DNA of 63,462 nt, counting the filler, from Octopus bimaculoides (lineage: Eukaryota): assembly GCF_001194135.2 (NCBI RefSeq). It is 8 parts of 7 records of this genome, joined end to end, with 100 filler letters (N's around TTAATTAATTAA, not from the genome) between each part and the next. Parts side by side here need not be neighbours in the genome. Positions count along the whole stretch, not along the records: positions 60,891 to 63,462 come from NC_068987.1; 7 more parts are not named here. One strand, 5' to 3'. The position numbers and the translations under genes are program-made. Within the stretch, counting starts at the first letter, position 1; each line of letters begins with the position of its first letter. Below the pieces are notes generated by a model that was given only the letters and a program-made list of their open reading frames with translations, ran no database searches and had not been told where the DNA came from. Positions 63,417-63,462 of this stretch are shown in pieces.

Positions 63417-63462
<46 letters not shown>

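Overview
This is AT-rich animal genomic DNA, dense in microsatellites and retroelements, from a gapped draft scaffold. It is most likely an octopus or other coleoid cephalopod (inferred from the tRNA/CORE SINE families and repeat landscape, not from a search). Only one intact host gene is supportable: a single-coding-exon class A GPCR on the minus strand (35685-36914) with a splice acceptor 37 nt upstream of its ATG. The rest is mostly transposon debris: about 8 R4/Dong-type (RLE) LINE fragments tied to (TAA)n runs, one L1-Tx1 LINE, a CR1/L2-group 3' end, an RTE 3' end, two Penelope GIY-YIG fragments, hAT-Buster, mariner and probable Merlin remnants, and at least four SINE families. The main signal not explained by the ORF track is RNA-level: four minimal type I hammerhead ribozyme motifs, all on the minus strand. 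Two lie head-to-tail 252 nt apart (47311-47598), a third of that family is at 22614-22648, and a fourth sits in an element with a tRNA-derived Pol III head (61810-62145). Together they suggest ribozyme-bearing, Penelope-dependent retroposons (SINE or retrozyme-like). The window also shows the CR1/L2-group LINE whose 3' UTR matches the tail of the abundant CORE-SINE. All alignments and folds were done by eye and repeat boundaries are approximate.
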